Shown here in pieces: positions 23,510-36,447 of a stretch of 64,000 nucleotides of DNA. The translations under genes were made by a program, and so were the position numbers. The DNA comes from Mobula hypostoma (Eukaryota). The notes below the pieces were generated by a model. It saw only the letters and a list, made by a program, of their open reading frames with translations. It was not told the DNA's origin and made no database searches. Each line of letters opens with the position of its first letter. The stretch's first letter is position 1. The stretch covers positions 200,014,001-200,078,000 of the forward strand of contig NC_086097.1 in assembly GCF_963921235.1 (NCBI RefSeq), in the 5' to 3' direction.

Positions 23510-25822
23510 ACAGGACAGTTTAATATTCATTTATTTATAACTGTTGCTAGTGTCATGAAAAGAAAGAATCACTAATCTTAAATATAGGTCTAAATAATAC
23601 ATACAGTAAAGAAACAACCATACATCTTTCAAAAGGTTGGGCAGTTGAGAATAGAGGTTACAAGAACAATTCAAATATGTGATTAGAAATATAGATAACA
23701 AAACATAGAAATAGCACTGAAGGCCACTTGTTTGAAAACCATGTTTCTTTTTAATTTAAAACAGCAAACTGGTATCCACTCATTTATATTTATCAAGAAA
23801 ATGTCTCCTGGGCAAGGCACAAATACCTATCAGCTATTCTCAGTTTTAGCATATTTACCTTTAGTAGTTTGAAATATTATTAAAAAAGAGTAGAACAAAG
23901 TGTTAGTGTTACAAAAGGTATAGCAGGCCCTTTCATGTTTTACTCTTAAAGAAACAACATCCCTTTCCTTTCTTTTTATGTTGGACTACTGGAAATATTG
24001 TGAAATTGAACTGTCACAAATAAATGCTATCCTTGGCCTAATTATCATTCAAAGGAACCACTATATCCATTCTAAAAATACTTTTTTTATACCATCTCTC
24101 CTTTCTAAAATTAAATCTTGAAAGATATTGCATATGTTTCATTTGAACAGTATTATTTTCACAGGCATTTAAAGATAATATTTTTATCCTCAGTAATAAA
24201 GTTCCTACCTATCTGATTCAGAGTTTTAGATGGGTTAGACTCATGGAATGGGCTTCTTAATTTAAAACATACTTGTAACATAATCCTACAAGCGAAGCAT
24301 GCTGTCAGAAAACACTTAGAAAATGCATCAAATGCCTGCTGAGGGAAATACCTCCGGATGTATTGTTTTTACAGACATAATCATAACAGGCATAAAGGGA
24401 AAATTATTAAACATTTTGGTAGCAGTGTCCAGTGATCAGGGAATATGTTGATTGGTATGCAGTCTTTCCTATTCTGGTTACTACCTTTACTTGTGCAAGT
24501 TTCCTGGAATCAGAAAGTTGAATTAAAAAAAAATTCCTTTGCAGTGAAAGAAAATTGGTGGGGTAATATGGAAGTGCTCTCACTGAGGCCAAAGAGCCCA
24601 TGAGATTTGACATATACCTGTTATGTAATATGTTGATCAAACACAAATGCTAATCAATTGTTTCATAAAACATTCATCTTAATTCAATCCGGAAATGAAT
24701 TATTTCAATCCAGTTACCTCAATTATTTTAGCACTAAATTATTAATTTCCTGTACTTTCTATTGCTTCATTCAAATAATCTTCAATTTGTTGCTCTATTA
24801 ATTTCTAATAATTTGTCATTGAATATCTTTGTGTGCGTCCGTGAAAGCTACTGATTCATAAAGATATGAGCTCACAGCTCTGAACTACACACATATAAAA
24901 AGTGATATGCTATATTTATTAAAATTCCAGCAATGTTAATTTATACTACTATTATACTTGTCAATTAGTCTCACTAAACTAACAATAGGCTTCATGTGGT
25001 AGCAGATCATTCGACATTTAATCTGTGATATGGTAAGTGCACTTAAAGAGCTGCAAAATATTCTGCAAGCATCTTTAGGATTAAAAGTAAAATCGATAAC
25101 CCATGCACAATAGGGACGTGATGAAGTCTGAAATTTGCACCGCGTATGAGGTAGCACCATAATTCTCATCAGTTGTTTCTTTACTTATTTATTCCATCAG
25201 CCCCATAAGTTGTGGGCTTTGGGGATTTTTGTATTTCTTACAGGATATTAAGTGTCTTGTTTTCCACAATATGTATATGGGAGCAGATTTTTCAATTTAA
25301 TTTTGTATTTAAAATTCAGAAAAGATTTCTTAAACATTGATTCCAGCAAAATGTTAAGTTATAAAACGGAACAAAAATATGTCATGGTAAAACCCATCTA
25401 GTTAGCTAGGTTAATGAAAGGAACACTGTCTCTTTGAGAGTCTATTTGCAGGTCAAAGCACTGTTAGAAACAAATATACCTAATAACTTTCTGCATAGAT
25501 TCTAACCCACATATATTGTAGGGATTAAAGTTACATTATTACTATCCAGTAACACAGAAGAGATGTAGCTTTGTTATTAATACTGTTCAAATTGCTCATG
25601 CACTAACATGCAAATCTTTACAACTTTCAAAATTTATTTTTTTGAAAAAATTGCTTTTGGAATATTGAAAATGTTAACAGTTGTCAAGCATTTTGCCCAT
25701 GCATTTCATGCAATGTTTGTCAGTGAAACATGTAACAATAAGATCTGGATGCTTTGTATAAAGCAAGGAATGTGATTCTTTTTATATAGTAACTGTACAT
25801 ATTCGTCAACCAGTGACTCCTG
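23510..25822 (-). other. KCNQ3: Probable KCNQ3 3' UTR (~2.3 kb, AT-rich, no recognisable TE)
   Basis: Runs from the stop codon to a minus-strand AATAAA followed by a GU/U-rich tract; TE-free in an otherwise TE-dense window. Confidence 0.6.
23530..23535 (-). terminator. Candidate polyadenylation signal AATAAA of KCNQ3
   Basis: Minus strand reads ...ttataAATAAAtgaatattaaactgtcctgtgttcttctgctgt: hexamer plus downstream GU-rich element. Other AATAAA hexamers exist in the UTR. Confidence 0.55.
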
Positions 25823-26569
25823 CTAAACTGGTTTATTTGATGAAGACCATATATTGTCTGGAAGTGCTTCCCCTGTAGAAGAGAGAGGAGCAGAACCACA
25901 TGGTGTGTATGGATCGGTATCTGTGTCTGTCTCACCCTCTGCTAAATAAAGTTTTGATTTTGGCCAACTTCCTCCCCCATAAAACCCAAAAGTCAAGTCA
26001 TCCTTAGACTGAGAGATGCTGAAACCACTGGGGGATCGTTGAAGTTCTTCATGGTTGACTGAAAGGAGAGAGATGGGAGTATCACTGTCTCTCGTACTTC
26101 TCCCATGTCTCACTGTTACTTTGTCTGAGTAAGGACTTGTTAATTCTCCTCTTTGATAGCTGGGGCACACATTATCTTGTGTGTCTGTCAGAGAACAGAT
26201 TGGAAGAACTGTCGGTCTTTCTGTGTATGATGGAGCAGGAGGTGGAGGAAATCTTGATAGATCAGCAGCTAAAGATGTAAACTTTGTTCCTCCGGTATTC
26301 TGTCTGAAGAAACTAAAAGGATCAACAGAAGAAACTTGGACTTGATAACAATTTTGAGGCACCATGTAGGTGCAGGATTCAGAATAGTTTGAGATGACTC
26401 GTTTAATCTCAGAGTATTTGTCTTCCACCTTGTCATCTGCTGGACTTTGCCTTGTGGATGGCCCTGCCCCTCTTGCTGAATAATACCCAGTTGATGCAGA
26501 ATGCTGAGTATTCATCTTTTGGATGTGCATGTCCACGAGGAAGTCAATCTTCTTCTCCATTCCCTCTAC
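25823..26569 (-). CDS. KCNQ3: KCNQ3 terminal coding exon (VEGMEKKIDFLVDMH...SSNKPV*)
   Basis: Acceptor ttgcAG at 26571-26570, phase 0; 248 aa to TAG. Motifs KKIDFLVDMH, ERPTVLPI, RDSDTPISLLSVNHEEL.RSPSGFSISQ, YLAEGETDTDTDP and C-terminal SNKPV fit KCNQ3 rather than KCNQ2. Confidence 0.97.
   Translation of the reverse strand, partial: VEGMEKKIDFLVDMHIQKMNTQHSASTGYYSARGAGPSTRQSPADDKVEDKYSEIKRVISNYSESCTYMVPQNCYQVQVSSVDPFSFFRQNTGGTKFTSLAADLSRFPPPPAPSYTERPTVLPICSLTDTQDNVCPSYQRGELTSPYSDKVTVRHGRSTRDSDTPISLLSVNHEELQRSPSGFSISQSKDDLTFGFYGGGSWPKSKLYLAEGETDTDTDPYTPCGSAPLSSTGEALPDNIWSSSNKPV
25913..25948 (-). other. KCNQ3: Ankyrin-G-binding motif of KCNQ3 (YLAEGETDTDTD)
   Basis: Direct translation; established KCNQ2/3 anchor motif for axon initial segments and nodes of Ranvier. 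Confidence 0.92.
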
Positions 26570-28513
26570 CTGCAATCGATCAGAGAAAGTGCATCAGTTT
26601 AGTAACTGCAGGCACACTCAGTAAAAGAACACGAGGAGTATTACCTTGTGAGAAAGAGTTTTGAACACTCCTCCTGAACTTTATTTTTCATTAAGGCAAC
26701 TTTCAGAAAAGTGAAGACTTGTCTGATTATCTTATCTACGGTCCTGCGCAAATTAATGTTGCCATTTGCAATTTATGTAACATGATTGGCCAATAAAATA
26801 TTGATGCCCTGATCAATTCTCAGTGTAAACCCAACAAGGTGACCAAGACTGCTTCGATCCAATAGAGCAATATAATTATACATATAATACGTATGCATGC
26901 AAAGCAAATGAACAGCCTCACTTGGCAAAAGTACCATCCCAAAATAAAAAAAAATCACACTGTGAATCTCCTTACAATACTTAAAAAAAAAAATCCAAAA
27001 CATGTGTAATAGTTTGCACTGGATGTAATTAAACCAAAGGGCTTATCAGCAAAAGGAGAGGTTCTGTTTGTGATTAGTTGAACTGTACTACTATTGCTGT
27101 TTGCAGCTCTTAGGAATTCTGAGGGAAATGCCAGCTGCGAAGGAATGGAAGCAGCAGGTTTGGTGTGAAACAAGGAGATAAGGTAATAGTATGACTATTG
27201 GAATCTGAGTTGGGTCCACCTGATATCTCACGTTTCTTCCTCTTCTCCACCTCAGTATTGTTCATTTATGGACTTATATTGATGAGCAACACATGAAGAA
27301 GGGATCAGTACCAATTTCAGTTGTCAGCTTTATTGTAGTTGTGACACTAAACTCAGGAGTCAATACATGCTCACTTGGTTGATTCCTGGGGTGCAGAGAC
27401 CATCCTAAAAGGACAAATTACGGAATACAGATTTATTAGAAAGCTTTCCAAAGCAGATACTGGGGGAGTTTATAACCTGGCCAGGTAGCCAGAACCAGGA
27501 ATATTAAAAACAATGCTGGATAAGCTCAGCAGCCTGAGTATTATCTGTGGAGGCAAAGACATGATCGACATTGCCGGTCCACTTTGCATCATTACTGAGA
27601 GATCTTAGAATACAAAAGGAAACGGGATGGGTAGTATGGAGGCTGATGTGTGATAGGTGGATTTGGATGAGGAGGAATTTGCCTGCATAGAATGAGAAAT
27701 TTCAGATTCAGAGTAAAGGCCATCCAGTTAAGACCAAGATAGTGAAATGTCTTGATTCAAAGCAGAGTGAATTTTTGGTGTTTTTCCACAAAAGGCAATT
27801 TAGGGACGTGCCATTCAAGTTATCTTACTGTATGGCAGCAGAGAAGGCTCAAAGGGCCAAATAACTCCAGCTCTTCCCTCCTATTAGATCAAAATCTTAA
27901 CCTAATACAGGAAAATGTCAATAAAGTTCAAAGACTCCACACATTTTTCTTAAACCTCCATGTAAGTAATAAAGGGGGAGTTCTAGAACAAGAAAGGTCA
28001 CATTGATTTTTAAGTAGGGCTTAGATTATTATACTTATTTAAAAAAGTGTTATTTTTCTCCACAGAGAAGAATGTAAGCCAAAAAGTTATAGTAGAAGAA
28101 GAACTAAAGGAGCAAAGCAGAAAAGAAAAGTAATATGTTAAAGTCCATGGGTATAAAAACTGATAAAAGAGGGATTACAACAAATAAAAGTACTAAGTTA
28201 ACAGGTGGGTTTGAAACATATCAAAATAAATTCATTAAGCATTCTAGGGTTAGTAGACCAGCGAAAACCACTAATTATCATGAGCATTTTGTGTAAGGAG
28301 GAAATTGTTTCAATGAGGGCATGAGTAGGGCATCATATATTAAAGGGAAACAGAACAAAAATAAAGTTGAGTTTAAAAATGATGTATGGAAACAATTGGT
28401 TTCAAATCCTAAATGTTTTTGGGAGCTTCTTGTCTGGCCATGAAACAATGGAAGTAAAGCACAGAAAGAGATTTGCAGAAGTAAATAAGGTGTAAATAAA
28501 TAAGTAAATAAAT

Positions 28514-30476
28514 ACTTAAAGGGTTGACGGTGGATATGCAATGGCAAGCATTTAAAGGTTGCATGGATGAACTACAATAATTGTTCATCCCAGTTTGGCA
28601 AAAGAATAAATCAAGGAAGGTAGTGCACCCGTGGCTGACAAGGGAAATTAAGGATAGTATCAATTCCAAAGAAGAAGCATACAAATTAGCCAGACAAGCA
28701 GCTCACCTGAGGACTGGGAGAAATTCAGAGTCCAGCAGAGGAGGACAAAGGGCTTAATTAGGAAAGGGAAAAAAGATTATGAGAGAAAACTGGCAGGGAA
28801 CATAAAAACTGACTGTAAAAGCTTTTATAGATATGTGAAAAGAAAAAGATTGGTTAAGACAGATGTAGGTCCCCTACAGACAGAAACAGGTGAATTGATT
28901 ATGGGGAACAAGGACATGGCAGACCAATTGAATAACTACTTTGGTTCTGTCTTCACTAAGGAGGACATAAATAATCTTCCAGAAATAGTGAGGGACAGAG
29001 GGTCCAGTGGGATGGAGGAACTGAGCGAAATACATGTTAGTAGGGAAGTGGTGTTAGGTAAATTGAAGGGATTGAAGGCAGATAAATCCCCAGGGCCAGA
29101 TGGTCTGCATCCTAGAGTGCTTAAAGAAGTAGCCCAAGAAATAGTGGATGCATTAGTGATAATTTTTCAAAACTCGTTAGATTCTGGACTAGTTCCTGAG
29201 GATTGGAGGGTGGCTAATGTAACCCCACTTTTTAAAAAAGGAGGGAGAGAGAAACCGGGGAATTATAGACCGGTTAGCCTAACGTCGGTGGTGGGGAAAC
29301 TGCTGGAGTCAGTTATCAAGGATGTGATAACAGCGCATTTGGAAAGCGGTGAAATGATCGGACAAAGTCAGCATGGATTTGTGAAAGGAAAATCATGTCT
29401 GACGAATCTCATAGAATTTTTTGAGGATGTAACTAGTAGAGTGGATAGGGGAGAACCAGTGGATGTGGTATATTTGGATTTTCAAAAGGCTTTTGACAAG
29501 GTCCCACACAGGAGATTAGTGTGCAAACTTAAAGCACACGGTATTGGGGGTAAGGTATTGGTATGGGTGGAGAATTGGTTAGCAGACAGGAAGCAAAGAG
29601 TGGGAATAAACGGGACCTTTTCAGAATGGCAGGCGGTGACTAGTGGATAATTTAATGTGGATAAATGTGAAGTTATCCACTTTGGTGGCAAAAATAGGAA
29701 AACAGATTATTATCTGAATGGTGGCCGATTAGGAAAAGGGGAGGTGCAACGAGACCTGGGTGTCATTATACACCAGTCATTGAAAGTGGGCATGCAGGTA
29801 CAGCAGGCGGTGAAAAAGGCAAATGGTATGCTGGCATTTATAGCGAGAGGATTCGAGTACAGGAGCAGGGAGGTACTACTGCAGTTGTACAAGGCCTTGG
29901 TGAGACCACACCTGGAGTACTATGTGCAGTTTTGGTCCCCTAATCTGAGGAAAGACATTCTTGCCATAGAGGGAGTACAAAGAAGGTTCACCAGATTGAT
30001 TCCTGGGATGGCAGGACTTTCATATGATGAAAGATTGTATCGACTAGACTTATACTCTCTGGAATTTAGAAGATTGAGGGGGGATCTTATTGAAACATAT
30101 AAAATCTTAAAAGGATTGGACAGGCTAGATGCAGGAAGATTGTTCCCGATGTTGGGGAAGTCCAGAACGAGGGGTCACAGTTTGAGGATAGAGGGGAAGC
30201 CTTTTAGGACTGAGATTAGGAAAACTTTTTCACACAGAGAGTGGTGAATCTGCGGAATTCTCTGCCACAGGAAACAGTTAAGGCCAGTTCATTGGCTATA
30301 TTTAAGAGAGAGTTAGATATGGCCCTTGTGGCTAAAGGGATCAGTGTGTATGGAGGGAAGGCTGGTGCAGGGTTCTGAGTTGGATGATCAGCCATGATCA
30401 TACTGAATGGTGGTGCAGGCTCGGAGGGCCGAATGGCCTACTCCTGCACCTATTTTCTATGTTTCTATGTTTCTAT
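28514..30476 (+). mobile_element. CR1 LINE copy B (same family as A), 5'-truncated, net 195-nt RT deletion at ~29647
   Basis: Near-identical to 20613-22764 except the junction 'TAGTGG-AT-AATTTAATGTGG'; (TTTCTATG)n tail. Confidence 0.95.
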
Positions 30477-31358
30477 CAAAAAGGTATGTTCAATGAAAAA
30501 TAGTGCCAATGGAACAAATGAAGAAACAAAAGTTTAGTCTGGATGCGACATAAGTGAGAGAAGAAGGGCTACCACCTAAAATGATTATTATTAGAAAATA
30601 CCAAAAAGTGCGGGTAAATTAAAACTAAAATGATGGACATGCTAAATAACTGTCATTGTTGAACACAGTGCTGGTTCAGGAAGATTACACTGAGTTTCTT
30701 TGGAACAAAAACGAAGGCTAAGGTCAGAGAAGTCAGAGTTGGGGAATTAACCATTCAAGTGACTGAAAGTCACTCTTATGCTACTCAGTGAAGCTGTTCA
30801 CCAAAATTATTACTGGAGATGTTTTTTGTTTCCTCTTTTTGGAGGAGACTGCATAATAAACAGCAGACAGCACATACCAAATGGGCACTGAAGTATTAGC
30901 TACTGGTTATGTTCTCGCTTCACTGAATTTGCATTAAGTAATAGACAAATATTTTGACAGTATGCAAAGAACTGGAAAATAGAAAGAGTAGGACATTCAG
31001 GCCCTGACACATGCTCAATGAGCATGATTGATTTTGCACTGACTCCATTTGCTTTTATTCTCATAATATCTGAACATCTATTGATTTCTGCTTTGAATAT
31101 TCTCAGCATATGAATCTTCACAGTTTCAAAGATTCACTATCTTCCTGTGAAGAATTTTTTCTCGACTCTATCCTGTCAGAATGGTCCTTGTTACTGAATG
31201 GCCTTTAATTTCTACAATTCTACTATGCTGCTGTCAGTGCTCACAAGAACGACAAGAGCACGTGGCACACACCTTCAACCGGAAAGAAACCAGAGTATCT
31301 TCAAAACAAATCATAGCTGCATTATCAATGATTAATGAGCAATAATTTGAAGGTTTAC

Positions 31359-31443
31359 CTGTCTTTCAACTTTAACAAATCTTCCCATCATACTTTGGTC
31401 TTCAGCCTCTGGATCAGAAGCTTTAGCTACATCAGGGTCAATT
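31359..31443 (-). CDS. KCNQ3: KCNQ3 penultimate coding exon (IDPDVAKASDPEAEDQSMMGRFVKVERQ; helix D start)
   Basis: Acceptor catttAG and donor GTAAAC; 85 nt = 1+84. EDQSMMGRFVKVERQ matches KCNQ3 EDQSMMGKFVKVERQ. Confidence 0.95.
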
Positions 31444-32548
31444 CTAAATGATAATGTTTTAAGCAGATACAAATTAACAGGAGTTCTGAATTATTTACAG
31501 TGCATAAGACAAATAGTAAGACAATATTTCATATGAATCTGTGATATTTTAACAGTTGATCATATTTCTTTCTGCTTTATTTGTCTCTTCTGTGATTCCT
31601 TGATACAGTTACAAATCTTACTTTATTTTAAAAAAGGTAGTAACATGTAAACTCTTCAACTTAAGAGTTATGGTACTGAATCTATGTGCTTGTAGTACCA
31701 AGATTATGTCAAGAAAGAATAACAGGATCTCACTTTAAGCAATTAGGATCCGGAAGTAGTTGCTGAAATGTTATTGGATGAGAATAGATATTATCTCCTT
31801 GTTACAGATGTTCGACATAACTTATTCCATAGCCCATTTGGGAATCTATCCTAATTTAAAAATCCTAAACTCCTCTGGCATATTACAATTTCCATCACAT
31901 TCCCACATGAAGAATAAAATAGAGGCACAGGTATTAGGCCAGACCAAGGAAGGCTGGGTGTGGGTACCCAGAGAGAGGCACCTGAGATAACCCAGAAACA
32001 AGGACAACTGGAAGCATTCAAATATTGTCCACTTACAAGGGGACCATTGGGTTTGTCTAATCGGCTATCCAGGTGTGGATGCATCTTGCGTTTAACACCA
32101 AAAGAGATACTACTGCTAAACCACCACCATGTCACCATTATCACCACCCATTGTACATTGCCTTTCTTCACTTACTTAGACCATAAGACCATAAGACAAA
32201 GGAGCAGACTTAGGCCATTTGGCTCATCAAGTCCGCTCCGCCATTTCATTACGACTGATCCAATTTTTCTCTCTGCCTCAATCTCCTGCCTTCTCCCCAT
32301 GTCCGAAAGCATACCAGTGATGCCAATGAATTTTAATCCCTTTTTTATGCCAAAACAATACTAAAATGTATTATTGCATGTTTGTAATGTCAGCCTATAC
32401 AATAGCAAAAAAGTGCAATTTTGCTTCAATTTTCAATAAGCAATGCATTTTATAGGATTACTAGGTAATGGATTATCTGTTGCTATTACATGGCATAAGC
32501 TTTAATACATAATTAACTTGTTTATTATAATTGATTTTAGTTTCTTAC

Positions 32549-32647
32549 TTGGGTGATTGTTGAAAAGGATATACAAACCCTCCTTTTAGGCTTGTTTTTT
32601 TATGCTTTGGAGTTGATGGTGGTGCAGGAGCAAGAATCATGTCAACC
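32549..32647 (-). CDS. KCNQ3: KCNQ3 internal coding exon (VDMILAPAPPSTPKHKKTSLKGGFVYPFQQSP)
   Basis: Acceptor ctttttgtAG and donor GTAAG; 99 nt = 1+96+2. PPSTPKHKK and QQSP match recalled KCNQ3. Confidence 0.95.
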
Positions 32648-32774
32648 CTACAAAAAGAAGTATGACTAAGTTTTGTGGTTAGAGTGGTTCTGCGCATTCG
32701 ATATTTTTCTCAGTGCAATGAGTGAAACAATTCAATCAATAGATTCCAAATCAAAACCATGCAGATGCTGAAAC

Positions 32775-33572
32775 TACAGCACAGAAACAGGCCTTTTTGG
32801 CCCTTCTTGGCTGTGCCGAACCATTTTCTGCCTAGTCCCACTGACCTGCACACGGACCATATCCCTCCATACACCTCCCATCCATGTATCTGTCCAATTT
32901 ATTCTTAAATGTTAAAAAAGAACCCGCATTTACCACCTCGTCTGGCAGCTCATTCCATACTCCCACCACTCTCTGTGTGAAGAAGCCCCCCACTAATGTT
33001 CCCTTTAAACTTTTCCCCCCTCACCCTTAACCCATGTCCTCTGGTTTTTTTCTCCCCTTGCCTCAGTGGAAAAAGCCTGCTTGCATTCACTCTATCTATA
33101 CCCATCATAATTTTATATACCTCTATCAAATCTCCCCTCAATCTTCTACGCTCCAGGGAATAAAGTCCTAACCCATTCAACCTTTCTCTGTAACTGAGTT
33201 TCTCAAGTCCCGGCAACATCCTTGTAAACCTTCTCTGCACTCTTTCAACCTTATTTATATCCTTCCTGTAATTTGGTGACCGAAACTGAACACAATACTC
33301 CAGATTCGGCCTCACCAATGCCTTATACAACCTTATCATAACATTCCAGCTCTTAAACTCAATATTTTGATTAATAAAGGCCAATGTACCAAAAGCTCTC
33401 TTTACGACCCTATCTACCTGTGACGCCACTTTTAGGGAATTTTGTATCTGTATTCCCAGATCCCTCTGTTCCACCGCACTCCTCAGTGCCTTACCATTAA
33501 CCCTGTATGTTCTACCTTGGTTTGTCCTTCCAACATGCAATACCTCACACTTGTCTGTATTAAACTCCATCT
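32775..33572 (-). mobile_element. CR1 LINE 3' fragment
   Basis: ORF 32950-33606: QMEFNTDKCEVLH...LVRPNLEYCVQF...RRLRGDLIEVYKI. Confidence 0.9.
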
Positions 33573-33729
33573 GCTCTTCTTTGCCTCCGTCCCAAAATAG
33601 ATCCAAATTATAAAATGATAACCAGTGTCATCTTTTAATGATTTAAAAGTGTGCTTATGATTTTAGCAGTTCAGTTGTGGGTACTAGATGATACAAAGAT
33701 ACAAGCTGTCAGCATTAATTGACTCATAT

Positions 33730-33945
33730 ACTATATAACCATATAACAATTACAGCACGGAAACAGGCCCCTTCTAGTCCGTGCTGAACACTTACTCTCA
33801 CGTAGTCCCACCGACCTGCACTCAGCCCATAACCCTCCATTCCTTTCCTGTCCATACAGCTATCCAATTTTACTTTAAATGACAATATCGAACCTGCCTC
33901 TACCACTTCTGCTGGAAGCTCGTTCCACACAGCTACCACTCTCTG
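33730..33945 (-). mobile_element. CR1 3' end fragment
   Basis: VAVWNELPAEVVEAG motif plus 3' UTR. Confidence 0.8.
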
Positions 33946-34309
33946 AGATCTGCAGTACTTGAAGATGTTAATGTCCCCCAGGATCTTGTGATCATAAAAA
34001 TTACGTTTAAAAAGGACAATAGCACTTTTTGTTCACACTGGAGAAAATAATGTCACAACATGTTCTTGAACTAACTGGCAACCAGCAAAACTTTAATCAT
34101 TAAATTGTAGCAACACTATGACCACTTTGCACTAAAATAGACTATGCTTTTTTGTTTGAATTGTGTTTCCTTGTAAAATTGTGCATAATTTATGTTTTTT
34201 TGTGAATACTATTTGACAAAACTGACATGGAAAGAGATACAGTATATCAGGGTTGGAAATTAAACACCAGTTTATGATTTTTGAGGTTTAACTGCTAAGC
34301 AAGCATAAG

Positions 34310-34656
34310 GAGAGGCATTGATCGTGTGGATTGTCAGAGGCTTTTCCCCACAGCTGAAATGGCTAGCACGAGAGGACATAGTTTTAAGGTGCCTGGAAGC
34401 AGGTACAGAGGAGATGTCAGGGGTAAGTTTTTTTACGCAGAGATTGGTGGGAGCGTGGAATGGGCTGCCAGCGACGGCGGTGGAGGTGGAAAACATAGGG
34501 TCTTTTAAGAGACCCTGGATGGCTACTTGGAGCTTAGAAAAATAGAGGGCTACGGATAAAGCCTAGGTAGTTCTAAGGGAGGGACATGTTCGGCACAGTT
34601 TTGTGGGCCAAAGGGCCTGTATTGTGCTGTAGGTTTTCTATGTTCTATGTTCTATA
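34310..34656 (+). mobile_element. CR1 3' end fragment
   Basis: TRGHSFK...FFTQR.V.AWNGLP; (TTCTATG)n tail; same family as 61354-61645. Confidence 0.85.
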
Positions 34657-36004
34657 GCAGAGAGTGGGGTCACTTAACTTTTTTAATGTTACATGACTGA
34701 TACTTTATGCAAGGTAAGATAATGTTATCTGTGATTTGGAAGGAATCAGAGGACAAAAGAAATAAGTGAAATGTTAACCCCACAGCTGAAAAGAAGCTCA
34801 GATATCATTACAGCAGAAGTTAATATCTGTACGACAAGAGGACGCGAGGACAAAGCTGCAAATTAACTGAGCATAGTTTAGAATTGTATGGCGAAGCTGT
34901 AAAATTTAAAGAATTACATCTAAATTAATCTCACTAATTTCTTGCCATTGACTCTGCTTGTTGCATTTGTCGTGAAACTCTGATCTGCCCTTTTAAGCTT
35001 AGCTATAAATTGTTACTCAACCACAAGATAGCCCCAGCTACTTCTAGACATAAAAAATGAAAATGTTGGAAATGTTCAGCAGGTTGGGCAAAATCTGGAG
35101 AGAGAGAGGAAGAATTTACGTTACAGGTCAATGCACATGAATTCCACTTCCCGCACTTGCATCCTTCCTGATTCCTACCACAACTACAATAAGGATCACA
35201 GTATCCTGACCTTCTGCATACTTCCCCTCTTTTCCCTTTCTGTATTTCAAAAGAACTCTGCATCTTGCAACATTCTGATTAATTCTCCACTAACAACTCT
35301 TCCACCCATAGCATATTCTTATAGTCTTTGACAAAGAAAGTCAATTCCATAACTTTCATTTTTAAAGGAAAAAAGTCCAGATGCTGGAAATTGAAATTAA
35401 AACAGAAATACTGAGCAGGTCTGTGGAAAACTAAACTGAGTTAATATTTTACTTTTACTTTCTCCCTTCACACCATGCAGGAATGCAACCACTTTCCGGG
35501 AGATTTATTTGCCTGCTATCAAATCAGCATAGTATACCCTGCTCAGAACATGATCTCCTCTCCCTTGGGGAAACCAAACACGGAACAGGTGACTGCTAAG
35601 CGGACAGTTCCACTCAGTCTGCAATCAAGACCCTGGGCTTCTAACCGCCTGTCACTTTAATTCCCCATCCCACTTCCACTTTGAACTCCTCTTTGGCATC
35701 CTACATTGTTCAAAAATAACACAATGTAAACTCAAGGAACAGCATCTTGTTAACGTAAATGGATGCCTCATTGTTAGCATGAACCTGATGGGCCAGGAGC
35801 CTGTTTCCATCCTCTGTGACTCCATGGCTCTAATTCTAGGTGTTGACTATTTCTGGCAGTTTCCTTTTTTAAAAAATTCATATTTCTACCATCCACTCAC
35901 TGTGAGGCATCAATTGGCTAAGGAAAATTGCATTACAGACTGTAACAGTAAACAAGTAATGGCTAATATTTAATGAATTTACACTGGGGACAAGGAACAG
36001 ATGA

Positions 36005-36300
36005 CACGGTGATGTAGTGATTAGCATAAGGCTCTACACCACCAATAACCTGGAATTAATTTTTGTTGGTGTCTATAATGTTCTCCCATGATCACACTGG
36101 TTTCCTTTGGGTGCATTGGATTCCTCCCACATTCCAGAGAGGTACAGGTTACTGAGTTGCGGGCATGATTTGCCAAATGTATGGCAACATCTGCAGGCTG
36201 TCCCCAGCACATCCTTAGGTTGTGTTGGTTTTTAACACAAACAATGACATTCATTGTATGTTTCAACGTACATGTGATAAATAAATCAATCAGAATCTGA
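36005..36300 (+). mobile_element. V-SINE-like element with Rex1-type 3' tail
   Basis: tRNA-like head, 'ggattcctcccacattcca' V core, tail 'catgtgataaataaatcaatcagaatctga'. Confidence 0.65.
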
Positions 36301-36447
36301 GAAAATTTCTAGAAAATTGTGGGGATCAGGTTTAGATTGAATGAGTGAGTAACTGAAAGAATTTAGCATTAGTCAATCAATAATACCAAATGTATTCATA
36401 TGAAACTGAATGCTAATAAATCCAAAACCTGATTACCTACCCATAAA

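Noticed and set aside
26570..26575. Start of the 250-aa ORF as a stand-alone gene
   Set aside because: The TTG-CAG start is the splice acceptor of the last KCNQ3 exon.
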